Shown: piece after piece, positions 10,000 through 22,197 of the stretch
How positions within the stretch are numbered: position 1 is the stretch's first letter
Layout: each line of letters opens with the position of its first letter
Assembly (NCBI RefSeq): GCF_902713615.1
Contig: NC_052146.1
Coordinates: 309,830,335 to 309,894,334, forward strand
Length of the DNA stretch: 64,000 nt
Direction of reading: 5' to 3'
Source: Scyliorhinus canicula
Lineage: Eukaryota
Made by a program: the position numbers and the translations under genes
Notes under the pieces: generated by a model
Seen by the model: only the letters and a program-made list of their open reading frames with translations
The model's database searches: none
Told to the model about the DNA's origin: nothing

Positions 10000-11820
10000 A
10001 ACTAACAAATCCTACCTAGAATAGTGCTGCATCACTCCTGTTACACTCAGCACCTCTCTGCTGAAGCGACCTTTTTTGGACTGGGTGTTGTGCATTGAGA
10101 AAGGATTAGTTGGCAATCTAGTTGGGAGAGAGCCCTTGGGGAAGAGTGACCATAACATGTAGGAATTCTTTGTCAAGGTGAATAATGAGGTCATTGATTC
10201 TGAGACCAGTGTCCTGAACCTCATTAAAGGTAACTATGATGGTAGAAGGCATGAGCCTCATTCAGGATAGTATTAGTTTCGAAGAAGAGACATTCAAATT
10301 AGCAAGAAAAAACAATAGACCTGAGGATTGGGAAAAGTTTAAAATTCAGCAAAGGCTCACCAAGGGATGGATTAAGAAGGGGGAAATACAATTTGAAAGT
10401 AAACTCGTGGGGACCATAAAAACTAATTGTAAAAGTTGCTATAGGTATGTAAAGAGAAAAAGATTGGTAAAAACTAATGTTGGTCCCTAATAGTGAGAAA
10501 CTGGGGAATTCATAACAGGGAACCAAGAAATGGCTGAGGAACTAAATTTGTACTTTGCTTCTGTCTTCACAAAGGAAGACATGAATAATGTCCCAGAGGT
10601 TCTGAGAAACACAAATCTAATGAGGAGCTGAAAGAAATTCATCCTTGTAAAGAAATGGTTTTGGGGAAATTAATGGGATTGAAGGCAGACAAATCTCCAA
10701 GGTCCGAAAATCGTCATCCCAGAGTACTTGAAGAAATGGCCCCAGAAAGAGTAGATCCGCAGCGCTGGTTTAGCTCAGTGGGCTAGATAGCTGGTTTGTG
10801 ATGCAGCACAAGGCCAGCAGCGTGGGTTCAATTCCCATACCACCTTACCTGAGCAGGTGCCGGAAAGTGGCGACTAGGGGCTTTTCACAGTAACTTCATC
10901 CGTGTGACAATAATAGGTTATTATTATCCATTGGAGGTCATTTTTCAAAGTTATTTGGACTCTGGAATGGTTCCTACAGATTAGAGGGTGGCTAATGTAA
11001 CCTCGATATTAAAAAAGGAGGTCGAGAGAAAACAGAGAAGCATTGACCAGTGACCCTAACGTCGGGAGTAGGGAAGTTGCCAGAGTCCATTATCAAGGAT
11101 TTCATAGCACAGTATTTGGAAAGTAGTGGTGTAATCACATAAAGTCAGCATGGAAAATCATGCTTGACAAATCTGCTGGAATTCTTTGAAGATGTAACGA
11201 GTATGAGTTTCCCAGGGAGAACCAGTGGATGTGGTTTATTTAGACTTTTGGAAGGCTTTCAACAAGGTGTCACATAGCAGATTAATATGTAAAGTTAATG
11301 TGTCTACAGATGAATAGAAAGCTGGTTAGCAGACAGGAAGCAAAAAGTTGGCATAAATGGGCCTTTTTTTGATTGTCAGTAGTGACTAGTCGGACCCGAA
11401 ATGTTCACATTATATATTAATGATTTGGATAAGGGAACTAAATGTATCATCCCCAAAGTTGGGGGGGGGGGGGTGGGAGAGTGAGCTGTGAGAGGGATAC
11501 AAAGATGCTTCAACGGGATTTGGACAGGCTGAGTGAGTGGGCACATGTATGAGGCTTGAGATATGAGGTGTGACTTAGCCTTGATAGATTGGTGAAAGTT
11601 ACTTAAAAGGATGGCAGTGGGTAGACAATGGCAAACATTCAAGGAACACATGGTGGTACTACAGCAACTGTTCATTCTTGGCACTAAAGCAGAATGGGTA
11701 AGAGGGCCAATCCATGGCTTAGAAAAGAAATTAGAAATAGTATCCGAAGGAAGAAGCATACAGATTAGCTAAGAAAAATAATAAGTCTGAGGATTGGAAG
11801 CAGTTTAGATTTCAGCAAAG
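10000..11820 (+). mobile_element. Deleted/rearranged CR1-type LINE ORF2 fragments with an inserted tRNA-headed SINE (~10759-10925)
   Basis: YRYVKRKRLVKTNVGP and CLTNLLEFFED motifs. Confidence 0.8.
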
Positions 11821-12469
11821 GAGGTGTCATGTGAGAGTACCTTTAATAAATGGATGTATAAGCAATGTCCCTTTAAGAAATGCAGCAGCTCATATTACTG
11901 AAGTGATGTCAGAGGGTGCGGGAAGCTGAGCTCACTTCTGCTTTTAGTTTCAGTTTGAGAGAGAGCAGCTGAAAAGTGCTTGGCTGGTTTGCTGTGAGCT
12001 GTTTGAAAGGTGAATGCCAGTTTTTGAGGAAAAGAGCTTGGGTGTGTCTGTGTGTTTGCAGTGAGCTGGACCAGCTGTGTTCTCTGCCATGAAAGACTAT
12101 CTCTGAATCATTTTGGGTGATTAAAACTCATAATAATAATGTTGTTAACCTGATGTGTTTCTGTTGTTAAAGGTGTTGTGTCTTTTGGAGGTTTGAAGGA
12201 ACATTTTGAGGGATTATTTAGTGTTGTATTATTTTTGGGGTTATCTTTGATGTAAGGGGTGTTAAGTGATCCAATGTTTATTTTAAAAGTTTAAGTTGAA
12301 TTCATGGAATAAACATTGTTTTGTGTTTAAAAACCCATGTGTCCATAATTGTAATACCACACCTGGCGAACAAGCCGTGTGCTTCAAAAGCAACAATCCA
12401 TTCAAGGGAGAGGTTGCTTGAATTCCATGATACATTTTGGGGTTCTGAAAACGCTGCTCCCATAAAAAT

Positions 12470-12484
12470 TGGGGGCTCGTCCGG
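12470..12484 (+). other. Primer-binding site complementary to the tRNA-Pro 3' end
   Basis: TGGGGGCTCGTCCGG directly after the LTR end, matching the standard tRNA-Pro PBS TGGGGGCTCGTCCGGGAT over 15 nt. Confidence 0.85.
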
Positions 12485-14189
12485 TATAAAAGTCTATCTA
12501 TTGGATTGGCTTGTGTGAACTTAAAGACAGTGAAGGAGTGTTGCTTTTCCGGTGTGGTATTTGAGTTTAAGTGTGTTGTGGACAATGGCTCTTTCAGAGG
12601 CTCAGAAGTGTTTGGGGGTGGAGAATGTCACACGCAGTACCTTACGGACAGAGATAAAAAGCAGACTGTTAGATTTGGCAAAAACATTGCAGTTAACATT
12701 CCCTGATAAAATGCAAAAAGATGAGGTAATTATGGCGGTGGATAAGCATTTAAAGTTGAGATAGATTCTGACTCATTGGAAATGGCAAAAATTCAGTTGC
12801 AAATTAAACAAATGGAACATGAGAAAGAATTAAAGCAGCTTGAATACGAAAGAGAGAGAGGGGAAAAAGAAAGAGAGAGAGAGAGAGAGAGGAAAAATAA
12901 AGTGAGAGAGAACAAAAAGAAAAAGAAAGGGAGATACAGCTCAGGGAAAAAGATAAAGAGAGAGAGTTTGAACTTCTGAAAATGGCCATAAAACATGACA
13001 GTCAATTTATATTGGCAGACGTAAAGGGACACATACAGTTGGAGGAGATGGATGAGGATAGTGAGAAAGAGCATCAAAGTCGAAGGCTTGGTGGGAATCT
13101 ATTTAAATATGACCAAGCATTGCCAATGTTTGATGAAAAGGAAGTGGAAGCATTTTTCATTTATTTTGAGGACGTAGCTAAACAAATGAAATGGCCACAG
13201 GACATGTGGGTGCTACTGATTCAAATAAAGCTGGTAGGTAGAGCTTGTGAAGTGTTTGCATCACTATCGGAGGAGGTATCTGGAACGTATGAGGAGGTGA
13301 AGAAATCCATCTTAGGTGCATATGAGCTAGTGCCTGAAACGTACAGACAAAGGTTTAGAAATTTAAGGAAAGAATTTGGACAAACATACATGGAGTTTGA
13401 AAGGCTCAAACAGAGTGACTTTGATAGGTGGATAAGGGATTTGAAAATAGACCAATCGTATGAAGCTCTCAGAGAAATTATACTTTTGGAGGAGTTTAAA
13501 AATTCAATTCATGATGTAGTGAGAACTCATGTGGAAGAGCAGAGGGTTAAAACTGAGAGATTAGCAGCAGAAATGGCAGATGATTATGAATTAGTTCATA
13601 AATCAAAGTTTGGTTTCCGACATCAGTTTCAGCCGGTGAGGGAAAGAAACTAGGGACATGAGAAATACTCAAGTGGTAACGGTAAAGGTGATCTGATGGG
13701 AGACAATAAAGAGAGTGTACCACAGATTAAAAACGAAATCCAGGAGTATGGAAAAGAAATGAAATGTTTCAAATGTTTTCACTGTAATAAACTAGGCCAT
13801 GTAAAGCCACAGTGTTGGTGTTTGAAGAAAAGCACTGGGAAGGCTGATGTGATAAAACAGGATAAGACAGTGGAATTTATTAGAGTGGTAAAGGAAAGCC
13901 CAAGGGGAACGAAGGAGGTGCAATCAATTGTACAGCCTGTTCAAGAAGTAATTGTTAAGAAGGTGTCAGATGTCTTTAAAGAATTTACTTGTGTGGATGA
14001 AGTTTACTCATGTGTATCAGGAGGAGCAGGTAAAGAAGTCACAATTTTAAGAGACACAGGGGCTCGTCAATCTTTAATGGTAGGAGATGAGGAATTATGT
14101 AGTTTGGGAAGAATGTTGCCAGAAAAGGCGGTGATTTGTGGAATTCAGGGTGAGAGGAGTAGCGTTCCATTATATAAGGTAAGGCTGGC

Positions 14190-17100
14190 TTGAGATTCTC
14201 AGCCGGAGCAGGATCCAGGGGGCTGTCGGGAAGGTAAGTTCAACCTTTAAAAACTTACATTGCAGAAGAAGCGTCCTTCAGATTTTTGGCGGGAGCAGGG
14301 TCCAGGGCCCTGTCGGGAAGGTAAGTGTAAACATTAAAAACTTACCTTTAGAGCTCCTGGAAGTCGGGCATGGGGATTTCTGGGAAGATTTGTTAGTACC
14401 TGTATATAAGTTGGGCAGCTGCTAAACTCGAGACACTACACTTGTCGTGTCCCCCACCCTTCCACCTCTTCTAACCTAAGGGGTTGAGTGAGTAACAGGT
14501 AAACTCTTCCTTTTTTTTTCTTGTTTTATTTAGAGGAAGGCAGTGCAATGTTCCTCCTGCAGAATGTTTGAGGTGAGGGATGCCTTCAGTGTCCCTGCTG
14601 ATTTCATCTGTGGGAAGGGCACCCATCTCCAGCTCCTCAGAAACCGTGTTAGGGAACTGGAGCTGGAGCTGGATGAATTTCAGAAGATTCAGGAGGCAGA
14701 TGTGGTCATAGATAGAAACTTCAGGGATGTAGTTACTCTGAAGAATAAAGATAGATGGGTGACGGTGAGAGGGGCTGGGAAGAAGCAGACAGTATAGGGA
14801 TCCCTTGTGGTCGTTCCCCTTAGTAACAAGTATACCGCTTTGGATAATGTTGGGGGACGACTATCCAGGGGTAAGCCAAGGGGTATAGGTCTCTGGCACA
14901 GAGTCTGTGCCTGTTGCTCAGCAGGGAAGAGGGGAGAGGAGTAGAGCAATGGTCATTGGAGACTCCATAGTTAGGGGGATAGATAGGAGATTCTGTGGGA
15001 ACGAGAGAGACTCGCGGTTGGTGTGTTGCCTCCCAGGTGCCAGGGTCCGCGATGTCTCGGATCGTGTTTTCGGGATCCTTAAGGGGGAGGGGGAGCAGCC
15101 CCAAGTCGCGGTCCACATAGGCACCAACAACATAGGTCAGAAAAGGGATAGGGATGTAAGGCAGGAATTCAGGGAGCTAGGGTGGAAACTTAGATCCAGG
15201 ACAAACAGAGTTATTATCTCTGGGTTGTTACCCATGCCACGTGCTAGCAAGACGAGGATTAGGGAGAGAGAGCAGTTGAACACGTGGCTACAGGGATGGT
15301 GCAGGAGGGAGAGTTTCAGATTCCTGGATAATTGGGGCTCATTCTGGGGTAGGTGGGACCTCTACAAATGGGATGGTCTACACCTGCACCAGAGGGGTAC
15401 AAATATCCTGGGGGGAAATTTGCTCATGCTCTTCGGGTGGGTTTAAAGTTCAGCAGGGGATTGGGAACCTGAATTGTAGCTCCAGTATACAGGAGGTTGA
15501 GAGTAGTGAGGTCATGAGTACGGTTTCAAAGCTGCAGGAGTGTACCAGCAGGCAGGAAGATGGTTTAAAGTGTGTCTTCTTCAATGCCAATAGCATCCGG
15601 AATAAGGTGGGTGAACTTGCGGCATGGGTTAGTACCTGGGACTTCGATGTTGTGGCCATTTCGGAGACATGGATCGAGCAGGGACAGGAACGGTTGTTGC
15701 AGGTGTCAGGGTTTAGATATTTCAATAAGCTCAGGGAAGGTGGTAAAAGAGGGGGAAGGGTGGCATTGTTAGTCAAGGACAGTATTATGGTGGCAGGAAG
15801 GACGTTTGATGAGGAGTCGTCTACTGAGGTAGTATGGGCTGAGGTTAGAAACAGGAAAGGAGAGGTCACCCTGTTAGGGGTTTTCTATAGGCCTCCGAAA
15901 AGTTCCAGAGATGTAGAGGAAAGGATTGCAAAGATGATTCTGGATAGGAGCGAAAGTAACAGGGTAGTTGTTATGGGGGACTTTAACTTTACAAATATTG
16001 ACTGGAAACGCTATAGTTCGAGTACTTTAGATGGGTCCGTTTTTGTCCAATGTGTGCAGGAGGGTTTCCTGACACAGTATGTAGATAGGCCAACGAGAGG
16101 CGAGGCCATATTGGATTTGGTGCTGGGTAATGAACTAGGGCAAGTGTTAGATATGGAGGTAGGTGAGCACTTTGGTGATAGTGACCACAATTCGATTACG
16201 TTTACTTTAGTGATGGAAAGGGATAGGTATATACCACAGTGCAAGAGTTATATCTGAGGGAAAGGCAATTATGATGCGATGAGGCAAAGGTAGGATGCAT
16301 CGGATGGGGAGGAGAACTGCAGGGGATGGGCACAATGGAAATGTGGAGCTTGTTCAAGGAACAGCTTCTGCGTGTCCTTGATAAGTATGTACCTGTCAGG
16401 CAGGGAGGAAGTGGTTGAGTGAGGGAACCATGGTTTACTAAAGCAGTTGAAACATTTGTCAAGAGGAAGAAGGAGGCTTATGCAAAAATGAGACGTGAAG
16501 GTTCAGTTAGAGCGCTTGAGAGTTACAAGTTAGCCAGGAAGGACCTAAAGAGAGAGCTAAGAAGAGCCAGGAGGGGACATGAGAATTCTTTGGAAGGTAG
16601 GATGAAGGTTAACCCTAATGCTTTCTATAGATATGTCAGGAATAAAGAATGACTAGCGTAAGAGTGGGGCCAGTCAAGGACAGCAGTGGGAAGTTGTGCA
16701 TGGAGTCCGAGGAGATAGGAGAGGGGCTAAATGAATATTTGTCGTCAGTATTCACACAGGAAAAAGACAATGATGTTGAGGAGAATACTGAGATACAGGT
16801 TACTAGACTAGAAGGGCTTGAGGTTCATAAGGAGGAGGTGTCAGCAATTCTGGAAAGTGTGAAAAAAGATAAGTCCCTGGGCCGGATGGGATTTATCCTA
16901 GGATTCTCTTGAAGCTAGAGAGGCGATTGCTGAGCCTTTGGCTTTGATCTTTATGTCATCATTGTCTACAGGATTAGTGACAGAATACTGGAGGATAGCA
17001 AATGTTGTCCCCTTGTTCAAGAAAGGGAGTAGAGACAACCCCGGTAACTATAGACCAGTGAGCCTTACTTCTGTTGTGGGCAAAGTCCTGGAAAGTTTTA

Positions 17101-18947
17101 TAAGAGATAGGGGGCGCGATTCTCCGCCCCCCCATGACAGGTCGGAGAATAGCGGGAGGGCCTTCCTGACATTTCTCCCGACCTCCCACTATTCTCCCCC
17201 CCTCCACGGCCGCCCCCGACACGAATCGCTGCTCGCCGTTTTTTTACGGCGAGCAGCGATTCTTCCCTATCCGATGGGCCGATTTCCCAGGCCTTTACGG
17301 CCGTTTTCACGAACTGCAACACACCTTCTATCACAGTTCATGAAAACGGCCGCAAAGTGCCGTTCTGCACAACCATGCCACCGATTGGCACGGCCGCACC
17401 ATGGACGTGCCAAGGGTGGCATGGGCCCACGATCGGTGGGCATCGATCGCGGGCAGCGGGTCCGATTCCCGCGCACTCTTTGTCCCTCCGCCGCCCCGCA
17501 GGATCAGTCCGCGGGCAGCTGAGGGGCATGACGGACCGCGCATGCGCGGGTTTGACGCACATGCGCGATGACGTCATCCACGCATGCGCGGGTTGGAGCC
17601 GTCCAACCCATGCATGCGCGGCTGACGTCATCATGCGCGTCAGCTACCGTGAGTCTTGGCGGCCGGGCTTAGCGAACGTTCACTAAGCCTGCGCTGCCAT
17701 TCTTCCCGGGGCCGCGATGCTAGCCCCGACCGGGGGGGGGGTGAATCGGGTCCCGGGATGGGGCGCGGAGGCTGCCGTGAAACACGGCCGGATTCACGGC
17801 AGCCTTTACGACTCTCCGCATTTGCGGAGAATCGCGCCCAGGATGTATAATCATCTGAAAAGGAATAATTTGATTAGAAATAGTCAACACGGTTTTGTGA
17901 AGGGTAGGTCGTGCCTCACAAACCTTATTGAGTTCTTTGAAAAGGTGACCAAACAGTTGGACGAGGGTAAAGCAGTTAATGTGGTGTAAATGGATTTCAG
18001 TAAAGCGTTTATTAAGGATCCCCACATAGGCTATTTCAGAAAATACGGAGGCATGGGATTCAGGGTGATTTATCAGTTTGGATCAGAAATTGGCCAGCTG
18101 TAAGAAGACAGAGGGTGGTGGTTGATGGGAAATGTTCAGCCTGGAATTTAATGCAGAAAAGTGTGAGGTGATTCATTTTGGAAGCAATAACGGGAAGACA
18201 GAGTACTGGGCTAATGGTAAGATTCTTGGTGGTCTGGATGAGCAGAGAGATCTCGGTGTCCATGTACTTAGATCCCTGAAAGTTGCCACTCAGGTTGAGA
18301 GGGTTGTTAAGAAGGCGTACGGTGTGTTAGCTTTTATTGGTAGAGGGATTGAGTTTCAGAGCCATGAGGTCATGTTGCAGCTGTACAAAACTCTGGTGCG
18401 GCCGCATTTGGAGTATTGCGTGCAATTCTGGTCGCCGCATTTTAGGAAGGATGTGGAAGCATTGGAAAGGGTGCAGAGGAGATTTACCAGGATGTTGCCT
18501 GGTATGGAGGGAAGATCTTATGAGGGAAAACTGAGGGACTTGAGGCTGTTTTCGTTAGAGAGAAGAAGGTTAAGAGATGACTTAATTGAGGCATACAAGA
18601 TGAGCAGAGGATTAGATAGGGTGGACAGTGAGAGCCTTTTTCCTCGGATGGTGATGTCCAGCACGAGGGGACATAGCTTTAAATTGAGGGGAGATAGATA
18701 TAGGACAAATGTCAGGGGTACGTTCTTTACTCAGAGAGTAGTAAGGGCGTAGAATGCCCTGCCTGCAACAGTAGTGGAATCGCCAACTCTAAGGGCATTC
18801 AAATGGTTATTGGATAAACATATGGATGATAAGTGAATAGTGTCGATGGGCTTTAGAGTGGTTTCATTGGTTGGCGCAACATCGAGGGCCGAAGGGCCTG
18901 TACTGCTCTGTAATGTTCAATGTTCTATGTTTTATGTTCTATGTTCT
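14190..18947 (+). mobile_element. Near full-length CR1/HER1-type LINE (5'UTR, ORF1 with Cys motif and SGNH esterase domain, ORF2 APE-RT), frameshifted, inserted in the Gypsy pol
   Basis: ORF1 CSSC motif (14543), then VIGDSIVRG, VHIGTN and DGLHL (14907-15446). ORF2 APE 15530-16257 and RT through ~18750 with an internal deletion. Tail of ttctatg-type repeats. Confidence 0.92.
17112..17839. mobile_element. Harbinger-type MITE (728 bp) inserted in a LINE
   Basis: TIRs GGGCGCGATTCTCC / GGAGAATCGCGCCC. AGG is duplicated at 17109-17111 and 17840-17842, and the LINE frame IRDR|MYNHL is restored on removal. Confidence 0.9.
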
Positions 18948-21900
18948 AGTCTAGTGAAGAGTGTTGAAGTGGTAGTAGGAGTAATAGACAAACTATCTTG
19001 TCCAGGAATACAGTTTATCTTGCGTAATGACATAGCTGGATCACAGGTGGGATTGATGCCTACTGGGGTTGATAAGCCAGTGGAAAATCAGACAACTGAA
19101 GTGTTGAAGGACAAATATCCTGGGATTTTTCTGGATTTGTAGCAACAAGGTCACAAAGTCACAGGTTAAGACAAGAGGACAAATCAAAGAGTGAAGATGA
19201 AGTTGAAGCGTAATTATCAGAAACGATTTTTGATCAGATGGTTGAAAAAGAACAAGAACAGGTGGAGGATGAGGCAGATATTTTTAGTTCAGGAAAATTG
19301 GCAGAGTTACAACAGAAAGATGTAGAAATAAACCGGATGTATCAGAAAGCATACACGGAAGAGGAATCGGGCTGTATACCAGAATGTTATTGCCGTAAAA
19401 CTGATGTCTTGATGAGAAAATGGAGACCTTTACACATGCAGGCGGATGAAAAGTGGGCAGAAGTTCATCAAGTAGTATTGCTGGTAGGATATAGAAAGGA
19501 GGTATTGCGAGTTGCACACGAGGTACCAGTGGGAGGTCATTTGGGAATAAGGAAACTCAAGCTAAAATCCAGAAACATTTTTATTGGCCTGGACTACATA
19601 AAAATGTAGTTAAATTTTGTCAATCATGTCACACATGTCAAGTGATAGGGAAACCTTAAGCAGTGATAAAACCAGTGCCCTTAATACCCATTCCAGCATT
19701 TGAGGAACCTTTTACAAGGTCAAAATTGATTGCGTCGGACTGCTTGCTAAAACAAAAAGTGGGGATCAATATCTTTTGGCTATAATGGATGTGTCTACTA
19801 GATTTCCAGAGGCCATTCCAGAACATAATATTACAGCTAAAAAGATTGTGGAGGAGTTACTTAAATTCTTTAGATATGGACTATCCACAGAAATGCAATC
19901 GGATCAAGGATCTAATTTTACCTCATAGTTATTCAAAGAAGTTATGGATAGCTCAGGAATAAAATAATTTAAATCAACTGCGTACCACCCAGATTCGCAG
20001 GGAGCATTAGAAAGGTGGCATCAGACATTAAAGACAATGTTGAGGGCTTATTGTCACAATTATCCAGAGGATTGGGATAAAGGAATTCCATTCGTACTGT
20101 TTGCAATTAGGGATGCACCTAATGAGTCAACCAAATTTAGTCCTTTTCAACTAATTTTTGGTAATGAGGTAACAGGGCTTAAATTGAATAAGGAAAAATT
20201 GGTGGATGAAAAATCGGAAATTACATTATTGGATTATGTGTCAAATTTTAGGGAACGATTAAATAGAACAGTTGAATTGGATAGACAACATTTCAAAGTT
20301 GCATAAAATGTGATGAAATGGATAGCAGAAAAGAAATCCAAAGTTCGTCGTTTTGCAAGTGGAGATAAAGTTTTAGTGTTGTTACCAGTGAGAGGTGAAC
20401 CTTTAAAAGCTAGATTTTGCGGATCTTATCAGATTGAAATTAAATTAAGTGAGGCGAACTATGTGGTAAAAATACCAGATAGAAGGAAGAATCACCGAGT
20501 GTGTCATGTGAATATGCTTAAAAGGTACTATGAAAGGGAAGGAGAGAAAAAGGAGGAGGTTTTAATGATTCTAACTCAAAGTGACGAACCAAATCCAGAT
20601 GGCTGAATTTGACACACCTCAAATTAAATTGGAAAATGAGGATGTTCTTAAAAATTGGGATACATTGTTGAGTTATGTTTCAGAGGAAAAACAAACTGAC
20701 CTGAAAGAGTTATTGATATCACATGGGCAAGTTAGTGGAGATAAATTGGGAAATACTAAATACACTATACATGATGTAGATGTGGGAAATGCTGTTCCAA
20801 TCAAACAACATCCATACAGACGTAACCATTTAAAATTGGAACAGGTTAACAAAGATATTGAGAGTTTGCTTAAAAATGGCATCATTGGAGTCGGTTGTCG
20901 TCAATGGCTTATTTCTAAATTGGATTTACTTAAAGGTTATTGGCAGGTACCTTTATCTGAAAGGGCGAAGGAGATTTCAGCTTCTGTGACTCCAGATGGT
21001 ATATACCAATTCAAAGTTATGCCATTTGGCATGAATAATGCCCCAGCCACATTTCAACGGTTAACTAACAAAGTTGTTTCAGGATTACTCAATTGTGCGA
21101 TATACATCGGCGATCTGGTAACTTTCAGCCAGACATGGAAAGACCATTTAAAACATCTGATGGAATTATTCGCTTGAATTCAGGAGGTGGGTTTGGTGAT
21201 AAACCTAGCCAAAAGTGAATTTGGAAAATCCCAAGTCACTTTCCTTGGCCACACAATCAGACAGGGTCGAATGGTCCCATGGGATGTGAAAACAAAAGTT
21301 ATTGCGGAGTTTCCGATCCCCTCGACATGACGGGAAATAATGCGATTTCTTGGTATGAGTGGATTTTACCGGAAATGTGTCCCCAATTTTAGCAGCGTTG
21401 TCGCTCCACTGACTGACTTGCTCAAGAAGTGTAACAAATTCTAGTGGAAAACGGAGTGTCAGCAGGCAGTTGACAGCCTGAAGGCTGTGTTAACCACTGC
21501 TCCTGTGTTAGCCATCCCAAATTATACCAAACCATTCAAAGTGGCTGTTGATGTGAGTGATGTGGGGGTAGGTGCGGTGCTTCTACAGGATGACGATGAA
21601 GGGCTAGAGCGGCCTATTGGTTATTTTTCAAAGAAATTGAATTCTCACCAGAAAAAGTATTCAACGATTGAGAAGGAGACTTTGAGTTTGGTGCTGGCTT
21701 TGCAACATTTTCACATTTGTGTGACCAGCAAACTATCTGACACCATTATATATACTGATCATAAGGTGCTGACAGTTTTGGAGCGATTCCGGTATAACAA
21801 TGCAAGGCTGTTTCGCTGGAGTTTACTGTTACAGACATTTCATTTAAAAATAGTACATGTGGCAGGGCGATAAATTGTGATCGCTGATGTTTTGTCACGA

Positions 21901-22197
21901 ATGTGATGAACGGAAGCAATTTCAGTTGGAGGAAGAAGAAGGAAATAAAATGGACTATATTATTACACCTATTTGCGTGTGTTATCTTTTGAAATGTAAA
22001 GTGTATTTACTATGTGCATTTCTTAAAGGATGGTGAAAAGGTGAAAAATGAAACATTCTTGAAGTTGATGGGTTTTCTTTCATGGGGGGGAGGTGCCATG
22101 TGAGAGTACCCTTTATGAAATGGGTGTTTAGGAAATGTACTTTAAGAAATGGAGCTAATCATGTTACTGGAGTGATGTCAGAGTGTGGGTGGAGCTG

